Source of the DNA: Carcharhinus longimanus
Lineage: Eukaryota
DNA length: 64,000 bases
NCBI GenBank assembly: GCA_030264375.1
Contig: JASCQW010000061.1
Location: forward strand, 54,819,820-54,883,819
Direction of reading: 5' to 3'
Part shown: positions 12,735 through 24,369 of the stretch, in pieces
Position numbering within the stretch: position 1 is the stretch's first letter
How the letters are laid out: each line of letters opens with the position of its first letter
Program-made: the position numbers and the translations under genes
The notes under the pieces: model-generated
Database searches by the model: none
Told to the model about the DNA's origin: nothing
The model's input: only the letters and a program-made list of their open reading frames with translations

Positions 12735-13424
12735 GAACAGAATAGAATCCGTACAGTGCAGAAGGAGGCCATTCAGCCCATCGAGCTTGCATGGAATCTT
12801 TGAGAGAGCATCTTAGGACTACACCCTCACTGTATCCCTGAAACCCCACACATTTATGATGTGGAGATGCCCATATATTTATGCCTCTAATCCCCTTAAC
12901 CTATACATCTTTGGACACTATGGGGCAGCACAGTGGCACAGTGGTTAGCACTGATGCCTCACAGTGCCAGGGACCGTGTTTGATTCCTGGCTTAGGACAC
13001 TATCTTGTGGTGTTTGCACATTCTCCTCATGTCTGCTTTGGTTTCCTTTGGGTGCTCCAGTTTCCTCCCACAGTCCGAAGATGTGCAGGTTAGGTGGATT
13101 GACCATGCCAAATTGCCCCTTAGCATCAGGGAGACTAGCTAGGGTAAATATAGGGTTATGGGAATAGGGCCTGTGTGGGATTGTGGTCGGAGCAGACTCG
13201 ATGGGCTGAATGGCCTCCTGCACAGTAGGATTCTATGATTCTATAATTTAGCATGGCCAATCCACCTAATCTGCACATCTTTGGACTGTGGGAGGAAACT
13301 GGAGCACCCGGAGAAAACCCATGCAGATACAGGGAGAACATGCAAACGCCACACAATTACCCAAGGCCAGAATTAAACCTGATTGTGAGGCAGTAGTGCT
13401 AACCATTGTGCCACCGTGTCACCC
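12735..13424 (-). mobile_element. HE1-type V-SINE (outer), split by an inner SINE
   Basis: 12735-12927 (tail half) and 13245-13424 (core and head) join as ..GGACACTATGGGGCA|ATTTAGCATGGCC.., as in the intact copy at 8160-8190. Confidence 0.8.
12923..13244 (+). mobile_element. HE1-type V-SINE (inner, full length)
   Basis: Head GGGCAGCACAGTGGCACAGTGGTTAGCACTG, V core, tail GGATTCTATGATTCTAT. Confidence 0.9.
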
Positions 13425-13837
13425 CAAGTCTAGCAGTAACAAAAACATGGGTGAGGGTTTCAGCATCAAATGAGCTGATAAAACCTGAAACATTACTTAA
13501 TGCCAGTATTTTAACATGTTTCTGGCATTTTAAATTTTACATATTGAATAGGTGGGAGTTTTTATTAAAGTGCATTCTTGAACTCCTCATTGTAGAATCT
13601 GAAAGGAAGTCAGCCAAATGATGCACAGTTTAACAATAGAATGGTTTAATTGCAATTCAAAATCACTGTGTTACTCATTACACAGATGTCCTGGAATTTA
13701 AGGGTGACTGGTTTATATTAACTATATCTTGACTTTGTTGAAGTGTGTTTCTAAAGTTTTCCTTGCCATCCTCACTTTCTGACAGTTCAACATGAATGAA
13801 CCAGCCGTGCCACACCTCCCCAATTGCTTTTTGGCTG

Positions 13838-14150
13838 ATGGCATAGTGGTTAGCACTGCTGCCTTACAGAGGCAGTGACCCGGATTCAATTCCGGTCTCA
13901 GGTCACTGTCTGTGTGGAGTTTGTATGTTCTCCCCGTGTCTGCATGGGTTTTCTCCAGGTGTTCCGGTTTCCTCCCACACTCCAAAGATGTGCGGGTGAG
14001 GTTGATTGGCCATGCTAAATTGATCCTAGTGTCAGGGGATTAGCAGAGTAAATATGTGGGGTTATGGAAATAGGACTTGGGTGGGATTGTGGTCGATGCA
14101 GACTCATTGGGCTGAATGACCCCTTCTGTGCTGTAGGGATTCTATGATTT
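13838..14150 (+). mobile_element. HE1-type V-SINE
   Basis: A-box TGGCATAGTGG, B-box-like GGATTCAATTCC, V core, tail GTGCTGTAGGGATTCTATGATT. Confidence 0.9.
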
Positions 14151-14354
14151 TTAAAAAAGATACGCACTGAGAAAATGAAGAAAATGCCTAATATTTAACT
14201 CCACTGACATCATCTATTTTTTAAAGGGTTGAAGTTGTAACTTGAGTCACAGAAACAGGAGAACTTTAAACTAAACTACTTATCAATTGATGGATCACTT
14301 AATTTGGCACCTTTCCTTGATTAAGAGCTCCTGCTACCATTTGGTTATTGAGGT

Positions 14355-14948
14355 CCCAAGTCAGGAGTTCCTCAGGGTAATGTCCTACGCCCAGCCATCT
14401 TCAGATGCTTCATCAATGTCTTTCCTTCCATTGTAAGGTCAGAGGTGCAGATATTTATGAATGATTTCACAGTTTTCAATATTATTCATGTTTCCTCAGG
14501 TACCAAAGCAGTCCATGTAGCAAGATCAGGGTAACATTCAGGCTTGGGTTGATAAGAAACAGGTAACATTTGTGCCAAACAATTGCCAGGCAAAGACCAT
14601 CTCCAACAAGACAGGACCTAATCATATCTTCTTGGCATTCAAAGGCATTGCCATTGCTGAATCTTCCACCATCAATATCCTAGGGGTTACCATTGACTAG
14701 AATCTTACATGGACCAGCCACATAAGAACTGTGATTACAAAAATTCATCCTGAATTAGAATTACATCACTGTTGCTAGCTCAAATCCTGGAACTCCCTTC
14801 CTAACAGCACAGTGGGTATACCTTCTTCACATGGACTGTAGCGATTCAAGAGGGCGGTTCATCACCACCTTCTTAAGGAGAATTAGGGATGGAAAACAAA
14901 TGTTAGCTTTGCCAGTGACCCTCATCCCATGAACAAATAGAAAAAATA
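14355..14948 (+). mobile_element. CR1-group (L2/Crack-like) LINE, RT remnant plus 3' tail
   Basis: Translates as GVPQGNVLRPAIFRCFINVFPSIVRSEVQIF (RT motif GVPQG.VLGP..F..FIND). Tail ..AATTAGGGATGG..GCCAGTGAC..CATCCCATGAACAAATAGAAAAA. Confidence 0.75.
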
Positions 14949-16914
14949 AATTGAATCAATTTCAAATGGGATATCTAAAAGCATTCTTAATAAGTGTTTT
15001 CCATTATCTAATCTTTGTTGGGCACTAGCTGAACACTTTACTACACAACAGACAATGAATGATTGCTTCCGTTAATATTTCCAGAATTCCACACTGTTAC
15101 ATTCTCTCTTCCCCATTTGTTTATGTTTGGGGCATTCAAGTATTTGTGAGTTCTGGGCTGCATCATATAAGATAACTTTCAGTGATTCTGGGGTGACTCA
15201 GCCCTAACATACTCATGTAAGCATAAAAAGACAAAATTTAATTTCAACATATACTGATGCATTAACAACTCCTGTTGTCAATCCACACAAAGCACAGGGG
15301 GCCTGGCTGTTATGAACATTTTTATCTAATGCTGTTAAAAATTTCCTTGACTATACTAATTGCTTGCACTGAAGGAGTTAAATTAGATGTGTGTAGCCTG
15401 TTTTTCTAAACCACACATAAAAAGTAGCTTTGTATCACCGAGACCTTGAAGCCACTAATCCTACAAAGGAATATAGTCTGCAATCTTTCATTTTTTTTTC
15501 TCGCTGGATTATGTTTATCATTATCATAGAGCAGAAAAGAAATGCCATCATTTGATCATCCTGTAACTTGAAGTTCTTGTCTTCAGCAAGTTATAAAAAA
15601 AGCACACACAATAGCTGGAAAATGAGATCAAAATGGTTTTCCTCTAACAGTGGGTCAATGTGTTCTGTAAGCACTTCCATCCTGTGAAGTCCCTGGTTGG
15701 TCTCCACCTGCTCGGCCAGCACTAGAGGCACCAGTGACCCAGCCTCCCCCTCATTTTGCTGGCGCCAGTGCTGGATGGGTCTTGCACTTTGATTATTTGT
15801 GTTAACAGTTAATTTAACACGGTGGACACGCGTGCCAAAGCTGCCTGCACTTCCTAATGCATCCCAACAAATGTGACTTTTATAGGTTCCTCTGCATCGC
15901 CCTTCCCCCGCCCTAATCCTTTCCACAATTTACAGGAAAAAGCTATTTCTGGCTGCTGTGCCCCGAATGTTTGCTTTGCAAGGATTGAATTTAATGGAGA
16001 TTTATGGACCCAGGGTCATGCAGCTCTTAAGAAATTTCATAAACTTAAGCAGTTATATTTAGAGATTACAGATGAAGTTCCTTTGTGCAGCCTAGAGGTT
16101 TACTGACATTTTCTCATTAACTTTTTTTTTTCTGTTGTATATTTAATCTAAACATTTTACTGACACATGGCCCTGGGAACAGCACTAAGTCTCCTTTTTA
16201 TGAGTAAAAAAATGTTTAAATTAGGAGGTTAGGAACAGGCTGCCAATGACAACAAGAACAACTTGGAAAATGTTTAGATTTGTCAACATCCAAATAGTCG
16301 AGATGGTGCTGAGAAAGCAGACGAAAGCCACTCTGACATTTATGTCAGACCCACTTTTAAAAGGCATTAAAGGATGGGTACAATATCTGAAATCAGAGTG
16401 CACAGATTCCTAAATGTTCTACATGCATAAACAAAAGGCTTGTCCAGGGTCCCAGTGCACTCTTTATAATTGAGCATTAAGACTAACTGGAGTTTAACAA
16501 TTTGTTATCTGAGTTGGTATTAATTTAATAAAGTGGAACTAGAATAACCTTTATTTTTCACTGGCCCGCTAAAGAATGAGAAGAATAAGGAAATAATAAA
16601 TCTTTATTTACTGTGATTCAGTCTGCGCTTAGGTTGTTTTATTCTTTCCAGTTTTTTTCCAGTTCTCATTTGCAAGCTGATAATTGTCCTGCTGATGTGA
16701 TGGTGGAGCTGTTTAGATTAACAAATCTTCTGGGATCATAGTCACTGGAATATTTTGAATAGCATTACAATTCAAAAAGGAGGGGACTGGTGAATATTTA
16801 CAGGAATGTACGCAGCATAGAATAGGAAAAAGCTATTAGGACCAGCAGTTTGTCAGGCCATGCACTGACTCTGTCTTACTCATTTAATCTCACGAGGGAG
16901 AAGGGACTTTTACT

Positions 16915-17225
16915 GCATTTTTTGATAGGATATGGTTGCCACCGGTAAGATTTGTTGCCCATCCCTAATTGCCCTTGAAGGGAGTAGTTTGCTAAACCAT
17001 TTCAGAGGGCAGTTAAGAGTCAACCACATTGCATTAGTCTGGAGTCTAGGGCCAGAATGCTCTGATCTCATTCATCCTGCCAGCAAGAATAGAGAATTTG
17101 GAGCTCAGCCAAAACTCCATTCCCTGCAGCAGGACCGGAGAATCCCAGTTGAAAGCGAGGTCGGAGAGTTCCGGCCCAGGAAAGGATGGCAGATTTCATT
17201 CCCTAAGGGACATGAGTGACTCAGA
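16915..17225 (-). mobile_element. Meta-domain-type SINE (SlmI/MetaSINE-like), interrupted by a MITE
   Basis: CCATTTCAGAGGGCAGTTAAGAGTCAACCACATTGC and GGATGGCAGATTTC..CCCTAAGGGACAT. The tail is shared with the LINE at 14355-14948. Confidence 0.6.
17049..17177. mobile_element. ~130-bp hairpin MITE, family M2
   Basis: TIR GGGCCAGAATGCTCTGA / TCGGAGAGTTCCGGCCC (13/17 match). Core shared with 44047-44184 and 21175-21343. Confidence 0.7.
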
Positions 17226-17605
17226 TCCTGCCTTATTCTTGCCAACCCAGAAATAAGCAACAATTGATGAAACCCCAGAAAGCTGATGTTCCAAAAGCAT
17301 TCTAGGCAACATAGGCATTTCAGAAGTAATAACCTTTTCTTCACTAGAAACTGAGAACAATGATAGGCAAACTAGGCTAGTGAGTGGGCCGCAATGGATT
17401 GCAAGATTGAAATCACTAACCATGACCCCATGAATAAGAGTAAATACTCTTACGGTCCTTGGCTGTAGGATATCTGCCACTGGCTGAGAGATTAAGCAGT
17501 GCCCCATTAGTCTTCAAGCTTTTAAAAGGTTAGGATAAGATGATGAGGGGATTATATAAAATAGAGCTGGATTCAGGAGATGATGAGCTCCCAAGGGAAC
17601 TGAGT

Positions 17606-18475
17606 CATAAGAACATAAGAACATAAGAAATAGGAGCAGGAGTAGGCCATCTGGCCCTTCGAGCCTGCCCCGCCATTNNNNNNNNNNNNNNNNNNNNNNN
17701 NNNNNNNNNNNNNNNNNNNNNNNNNNNNNNNNNNNNNNNNNNNNNNNNNNNNNNNNNNNNNNNNNNNNNNNNNNNNNNNNNNNNNNNNNNNNNNNNNNNN
17801 NNNNNNNNNNNNNNNNNNNNNNNNNNNNNNNNNNNNNNNNNNNNNNNNNNNNNNNNNNNNNNNNNNNNNNNNNNNNNNNNNNNNNNNNNNNNNNNNNNNN
17901 NNNNNNNNNNNNNNNNNNNNNNNNNNNNNNNNNNNNNNNNNNNNNNNNNNNNNNNNNNNNNNNNNNNNNNNNNNNNNNNNNNNNNNNNNNNNNNNNNNNN
18001 NNNNNNNNNNNNNNNNNNNNNNNNNNGAGAATATAAAACCAGTTAACTCTGCTTCTCAACATAGGGCAACCCTCTTACCCCAAGGGCCAATCTAGTCAAC
18101 TTTTACTGTAATACCTCCAATGCAAATATATCCTCCCTTAAATATGGGGACCAAAGTTGCACAGAGTAACCTAGGAATGGTCTCACCAAAGCCCTGGAAA
18201 ATTGCAGTAAGATTTCTTTATTCATGGACTCTAATCCCCTTGCAATAAAGGCTAACTAATACGTTTGCTTAGTCATTTGCTGTACCTGTATGCTAACTTT
18301 CCCTGTTTCTTGAAGGAGTACACCCAAATCTCACTGAACATTGACATTTACAAGCTTCATGCCTTTGCGAAAATATTCTGCTTTACTTTTCCTATAGTCA
18401 CAATGAATAAACTCACACTTCCTCATATTATATGCCATTTGTCACCTTGTCTCCCACGTGCTTAACCTGTCCATA
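17606..18475 (-). mobile_element. CR1 LINE 3' regions: young tail, gap, then an older ORF2 remnant
   Basis: CATAAGAACATAAGAACATAAGAAATAGGAGCAGGAGTAGGCC tail. Downstream of the gap is decayed CR1 ORF2 (GGGACCAAAGTTGCACAGAGTAACCTAGG..GGTCTCACCAAAGCCC). Confidence 0.85.
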
Positions 18476-19090
18476 AGCTGAATCTTCTGGGCAGTGGTGG
18501 GGTGGGGGGAACAAATGGCTTTGGCACCCACTCCCTGCCCTCTGGTCAATCCGTTTGACCGACAGCTCTATCGCTCTATCAGTCCTGGCAGTGCCATGAG
18601 CGCAATCGTGGGTATTGCTGGGACTGCAGTGAGGAAGAAGAAGAAGACCCAATGGATCCTGGGACACAGATGAGTTTGGGGCCTTGGGCAGGGAGGATTT
18701 GGACAAAGTAGGGAGAGGAGTGGTTTTAAGATTGAAGGCAGTCAGGAAAGGGGTGGTTTTACCTTGGGGGTGGATGGCAGGAACTTTCCCTGATTCACAA
18801 AGGGCAACCCCTGAAAATAGAACACCCCTTACTTCATGCTCTTTGAAAATATTTTTAAAATTGGGCTTACGCTCTCAGCTACACCAACTGTTTTACACAT
18901 GGCCAGTGTACTACCAGGTTCAATTGGCATGGTAAAAAGTTCAATTATTGATTTAAATATGGCAGGCGGACTGCTGATTTTGGCACCTGCTGACCAATGT
19001 GGGCAAGTTCGGGGCTGGATGGGAAGGTGGTTGGCTCAGCACCTACCCTATTTTACCTGCTGACCTACCAAAAACATGCCCAGATTGTAA
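18476..19090. mobile_element. Non-autonomous DNA element (Harbinger-like) remnant
   Basis: Starts AGCTGAATCTTC. Subterminal TCAATTGGC..TTAAATATGGCAGGCGG resembles the other TIR elements in the window. Confidence 0.4.
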
Positions 19091-20400
19091 GAGGTTTTAA
19101 AAGTATATAAACAAGATGAGAGCAGCTAAAGTAAACATTGGTCCCTTAGAAATATGGGAGAAATGATCATGGGGAATGAGAAAATGGCAGTGAGATTGAA
19201 CAAATATTTTGTGTCTGCCTTCACTGTAGAAGACACAAGTTACATACATGAAATGAAAGGGAACCCAAAGGCTAAAAGGACTAAAGTTATTAAGGTAATT
19301 AATATCAGCAGTGAATAAGTACTTGAGAAACTCAAGGGACTAAAATCCAACAAATCCCATAGAGCTGATGGCCTCCATGCTAAGTTTCTGTAAGTGATAG
19401 TTGCGGAGATCATGGATACACTGGTTCCGATTTTGTAAATTTCCCTCAGTTCTGATATGGTCGCAGCTAATGGGAATTAGTAAGTGTATCACTGCTATTT
19501 AAGAAAGGAGAAAGAGACTAAACAGTGAACTACCAGCCAGTTAACCTGACATCAATCATCTGGAAATTGCTGAAATCTATTACAAAGGATGTATTAGAAA
19601 GGCATAGTGTGATTTACATGAGTTAAAATTGGTTTATAAAAGGGTAATCCTGTTTGACAAATTTAATTGAGTTTTTTTGAGGATTTAACTTGTAGTGTAG
19701 ATAACGGGGAAGCGGTAGATGTAATAAACTTGAATTTCCGAAAGCATTCGAAAAGATGCAACACAAAAGGTTAATATGCAACGTATGGGGCCATGGAACT
19801 CGGGGTGCTATATTGGCATAGGTAAATGACTGGTAAACAGACAAGAAGCAGGGAGTAGAATAAATGGGATACTTTCAAGTTGGAAGGCTGTGATAAGTAG
19901 AGCGTCACAATGATCTTTGCTGGGGCCTCAGCTATTTACAATCTATATGAATCCCAGGGTTCTGAAAGAAATGGCAGAGGTGATAGCGGATGCCTTAGTG
20001 ATTATTTATCAAAATTCACTGGACTCCGGGGAAGTGCCCGAAGATTGGAAAATGGCTAATGTTACGCCGCTGTTTAAAAAAGGTAGCAGACAAAAGGCAG
20101 GGAATTATAGGCCGGTNNNNNNNNNNNNNNNNNNNNNNNNNNNNNNNNNNNNNNNNNNNNNNNNNNNNNNNNNNNNNNNNNNNNNNNNNNNNNNNNNNNN
20201 NNNNNNNNNNNNNNNNCCATGATCTTATTGAATGGTGGGGCAGGCTCGAAGGGCTAGACGGCCTACTCCTGCTCCTATTTCTTATGTTCTTATGAATGAC
20301 TACAATGAGTAATGTACCTAAGTTTATAAATGTTACAAAGCTAGGTGGGATTGCAAGCTGTAAGAAAACACAAAAGGCTGCAAAGCAATATAGGGCCACA
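19090..20400 (+). mobile_element. Older CR1 ORF2 (RT) fragment hosting a young CR1 insertion
   Basis: Decayed motifs (P)LFKKG, NYQPVNLTS, GxSCLTNLIEFF, LGPQLFTIYMN, TKLGG, with many stops and frameshifts. Confidence 0.9.
19953..20294 (+). mobile_element. Young CR1/HER1 insertion (middle unassembled)
   Basis: Clean peptide PRVLKEMAEVIADALVIIYQNSLDSGEVPEDWKMANVTPLFKKG..NYRP, then a gap, then the 3' tail. TSD TATGAAT at 19946-19952 and 20291-20297. Confidence 0.9.
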
Positions 20401-21174
20401 TAAATTCTGCTTATGTCCTTGGTCTTCATTCCCACATAAATACCTCCACCAGTGCACCCTCTGATACTTTACTCTTCTCATAATATCTGGACTTGCCTCA
20501 CCTGCCATACCTATCTCTGTTCTTGGATAACAGTTTGGTGATGCCAATGCCGATTCCACCCTACCTACATCAACTTTGTCCCACAAGGGATCTTTAACTT
20601 TAATTCTGGACTCTTTCTTACTGTCCTTTCTTTGTTTCCCATTTGCCACCAGGATTTCACCACCAGGATACAGGCATCCTAATAAGTATTATGCAGCCAA
20701 ACCACTGTAACTTAAGTCTTCCCTGTATCCATTCACATGCATGTTTTAGTTGCCAATCTGTACTTGTGTCTGTCACTTCTATTTTCACTTTCTCCCCCAT
20801 GTTTTTATTTACTTTCTCTTTACCTGTCTTAGGCTCTAAGCCTCTCTGGATTACTTCCTTGTATTGCACTCCATCCATAATTCCCTTTCCCCTTCCAACT
20901 CTACTTCCTTCTGGGTCTATCCATTGAAAACTCTTGTCAATTCATTTGCAACTGTCAAATCACCTTTAATGCACCCTATTATGGAATCAACCTTGTGCCA
21001 TGAGCAAAGAGCTATCTGGGCTTGGAAGCTTAAGAAAAGGCTGATGCAATGCATGACTGCTTCCAAAAGTAGTTCTATGGAGGCATAGGATGCATGCCAG
21101 GATCTTAAAATTAATTCCCTGGCATACCATTATCATGGGAATAACACTAAAAATGTACTGAAATTTAAAGACCA

Positions 21175-21343
21175 GGGGCTCAAACTTACCTGCCATTCAC
21201 ACAACGCTCCCGCTGCAGTGAGGTTGGAGAATTTGGCAGTCAGCCAAATTCTCTGATCTCATTGCAGCAGGAGTGTGGTGTCTCTGTTCANNNNNNNAGG
21301 ATGGGAAAATCCTGCCAGCATGAATGGTGGTAAGATCCCAGTT
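21175..21343. mobile_element. Hairpin MITE related to family M2
   Basis: Subterminal inverted repeat CTTACCTGCCATTCA / TGAATGGTGGTAAG. Perfect inner stem GAGAATTTGGC / GCCAAATTCTC. Confidence 0.65.
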
Positions 21344-21542
21344 TAGGATTTTTGTTCCCCAAGTTAGGATTGCTCATGAAAGTGATCTAAAAAAGACTGA
21401 GTTAAAATAATTTAAGGTAAAAGGAGTGAAAAAATGTAATACATTCATAAGTTTGAACTTTTGGGTGACCAACCGGTGACAAAATAAATACAGACACAGT
21501 ATTTTGAAGGCTTACCTCTCCAGTAATGAATGAACCATACAA

Positions 21543-21707
21543 TCATAGAATCCCTACAGTACTGAAGGAAGTCATTCAGTCCATCAAGTCTGTACCAACC
21601 ACAATCCCACCCAGACCCATTCCCGCAACCCTCATATACCCTGGTAATCCCACTGACCCTAGGGGCAATTTAGCATGACCAATCAACCTAAGCCGCACAT
21701 CTTTGAA
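21543..21707 (-). mobile_element. HE1-type V-SINE, 5'-truncated
   Basis: CATAGAATCCCTACAGT..ACAATCCCACCCAGACCC..AGGGGCAATTTAGCATGACCAATCAACCTAA. Confidence 0.8.
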
Positions 21708-22158
21708 TTGTTGATTGATACTAATTCTTCTATAGAGTTTGCTGCTCTACTTTTGTCTCCTTTCAAACTAACATCACTTACACCATTTATCAGTTTCAAA
21801 TTTGGAGAAAATAGCACCACTAGCAAATTATTTAAATGACAGATTTCTGGAAATGCGCAGAAGTCTGTCACTATCTATAGAGAGAAATGATAGGATAATA
21901 TTTTGTGATTGTATCTTGAGAACTGTTCTAATAATGTGTACATAACTGAAATATTAGTTTGTCTTTTCACTATAGATACTGATCGAAATTTGATTTTTTT
22001 TTTAGCCATTTCCTGATTTTATTTAGATTTTTAGCATTTGGTGTATTTTCTGATTATGTTAATTAGAAAGCATGAACTTTTTGATAACAGGAAGAAAATT
22101 TCACCTAGTAGTTAGCTCATACCATTCATCCAATGCCTCAGTTCATCAAAATATAACT

Positions 22159-23148
22159 TGGCCTGGATCTTCCATGAAACAGCAATCATCATCAGATTGC
22201 CACTCTACTTAAACTTTTCCAATGCCTGGATGCTGCTCTGGAGTTCTTGCTGGGTCTTCTGTGTCCAGCTTTTCCAGAAATGTGAAGGGCAATGTCCATT
22301 GAAAAATTTTGTAGCAGCATTGTGTCATCAGGGGGCAAAGACAACTCCTTGTTATGGCATTAGCGGCCATTTGGTAAGTCTAAAGGTCTAGCGCAAATGT
22401 TATTTATTGGTGAATATTAGTGAGGGGTAAATGTTGGTGAGTGAGTGAATGGATGAGTGGGTAAATGTTGGTGAGAGAGTGAATAGGTGCATAGATTAAT
22501 GTTAGCGAGTGAGTGAATGGGTGAGTGGATGAATGATTGAATGGATAGAGTGATATGGAGGGTCAGTAGGTGAGATAAATGAAGGTGGGTGAGGTAAGTG
22601 GGTAAGTGTAAATCATGGCAGATGTGTAGCGTGTTAGGTTGGCAAGATGGCAGGTGGTTTGGGCGGTAGGTGGGTGGGTAGAATATACATAGATGGAGTG
22701 ATAGATGTGTAACAGGAAACTAGAGTGCAAAGTGGATATGTGGATAGGGTGGCAATTGGGTGACGTGGTGGATGTTCTGTTGGGTTGGTCGGGTCAGGTG
22801 GGATCAGTGTTTTTGAGGGCCTCGTGAGGTTTAAACTGGGGAGTCAGTGTGAGTGATTAAGGAGTCAGATCTGGAATTACCCAGGAGTTAACTGAGAATT
22901 TTTCTGTCTAACATTCCCTGGGAAACTTTTCAGTTAAGTCCCACAAAACCATCCAGTGTCTCTGACTTTAACTTAGAGTCAGTAACATTGGTGGAGGTTC
23001 CCAGGGAGCAGGGGAAATTCCTGCTGGAAGTCAAAACTTCCTGGGGAATTCTGATGGATAAAAGCCTCAGAATTTCCAGGGATCACGACATGCACCTCGG
23101 GTTGTATGCCTAGTCTCCAATGATCCAGATATTTGACGATCTGGGCCC
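22159..23148 (+). mobile_element. ~1-kb non-autonomous TIR element, family T1, copy A
   Basis: Ends TGGCCTGGATCTTCC..GACGATCTGGGCCC, followed by TTA. Internal (TGAG/TGGA)-rich low-complexity tract at 22435-22800. Homologous, in inverted orientation, to 24370-25605. Confidence 0.65.
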
Positions 23149-23936
23149 TTAATAAAGTCACTATACATAATTATTGAATGACTCTAGAAACTCCGGTGAC
23201 ATCTCAAAGATGCCCTTAATGAATTTTATCTGGTATGGGTCTTATAAAAATGCTTGGACTTGCATGATATCCTCATTCTATCATATATTCTGGATTCTGC
23301 TTTTCTACAGTGTTCACAGACTGGTTCGAAAATACTATTTATATTCCCACGAGTGAGATTGACCCTATTTGTTCATTGAATGACTATGTTATAAAGTCAT
23401 TCTCACAAGTACTCCTCGTTTCTCACAGTGCTTTCTCCTTGCAACACATCTGAAACAAGTGCAGATAAAACTATTGTAATAATAAATGTCAGTGTTTCAA
23501 AAGTGTGTGGAAACTACAAAATACTTAGATTGTTAATCCGCTCCATCATAACATAATTAAACCATAGCAACTTCAAAGTGGTTTTTGAAATAAATCATTT
23601 TTCATGCATGACACACAGAATTGAATGTGATATAAAATTGTAATTCATGTTTACCTGAGCATGTATGCCTTTCCACATGCTGCTTTGTCATACCCATACA
23701 CAGAAGGGTAAAGAGAGACTGTGTGGTTTAATCTGGGTTTAAACCCAGCAAAGGCCAAAGGGATGAATATCCTTTTTCTGGCTAAAGCCTCTTTATAAAG
23801 TAAACAGTTCCACATGTTCAGCTGGCTAAGTGGCAGCTGCAGGAAACCATCGTCAGATTAAGAATACTGAGGCCCAAAATGCAATGGTCCCATTTACCCA
23901 TGGAACCATCCCTCAGTGAACAAGATCCAGAGAATT

Positions 23937-24307
23937 TGGATACAGGGAGGCAATTGGGTGATGTGGTAGATGTTCTGTTGGGCTGGTTGGGTCAGGTGGG
24001 GTCGGTGTTTTTGGAGGCCTCGTGGGGGTTAAACTGGGGAGTCAGTGTGAGTGATTAAGGGGTCAGATCTGGAGTTACCCAGGAGTTAAATGAGAATTTT
24101 TCTGTCTAACATTTCGTGGGAAACTTTTCAGTTAAGTCCCACAAAACCGTCCAGTGTCTCTGACTCTAACTCAGAGTCGGTAACATTCGTGGAGGTTCCC
24201 AGGGAGCAGGGGAAATTCCCATTGAAAGTTAAAACTTCCTGGGGAATTCTGATGGATAAAAGCCTTGGGATTTCCATGGGATCACGACATGCACCTCGGG
24301 TTGTATG
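23937..24307 (+). repeat. ~370-bp direct duplicate of 22741-23108
   Basis: Colinear from TGGATA..GGCAATTGGGTGA to GGATCACGACATGCACCTCGGGTTGTATG, with scattered substitutions. Confidence 0.9.
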
Positions 24308-24369
24308 ATTTAGGAATCTCCAAGTGTGAACATTACTCAGTACTACACTGGAGCATCAGCCTAGATTTA

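Noticed and set aside
12923-13000. tRNA-like A and B boxes (also at 13838, 28383 and in the minus-strand copies)
   Set aside because: These are tRNA-derived SINE heads followed by the V domain and a LINE tail, not tRNA genes.
22322-22340. CTCF-like GTCATCAGGGGGCAAA
   Set aside because: Mismatches in the core and location inside TE family T1; insufficient support.
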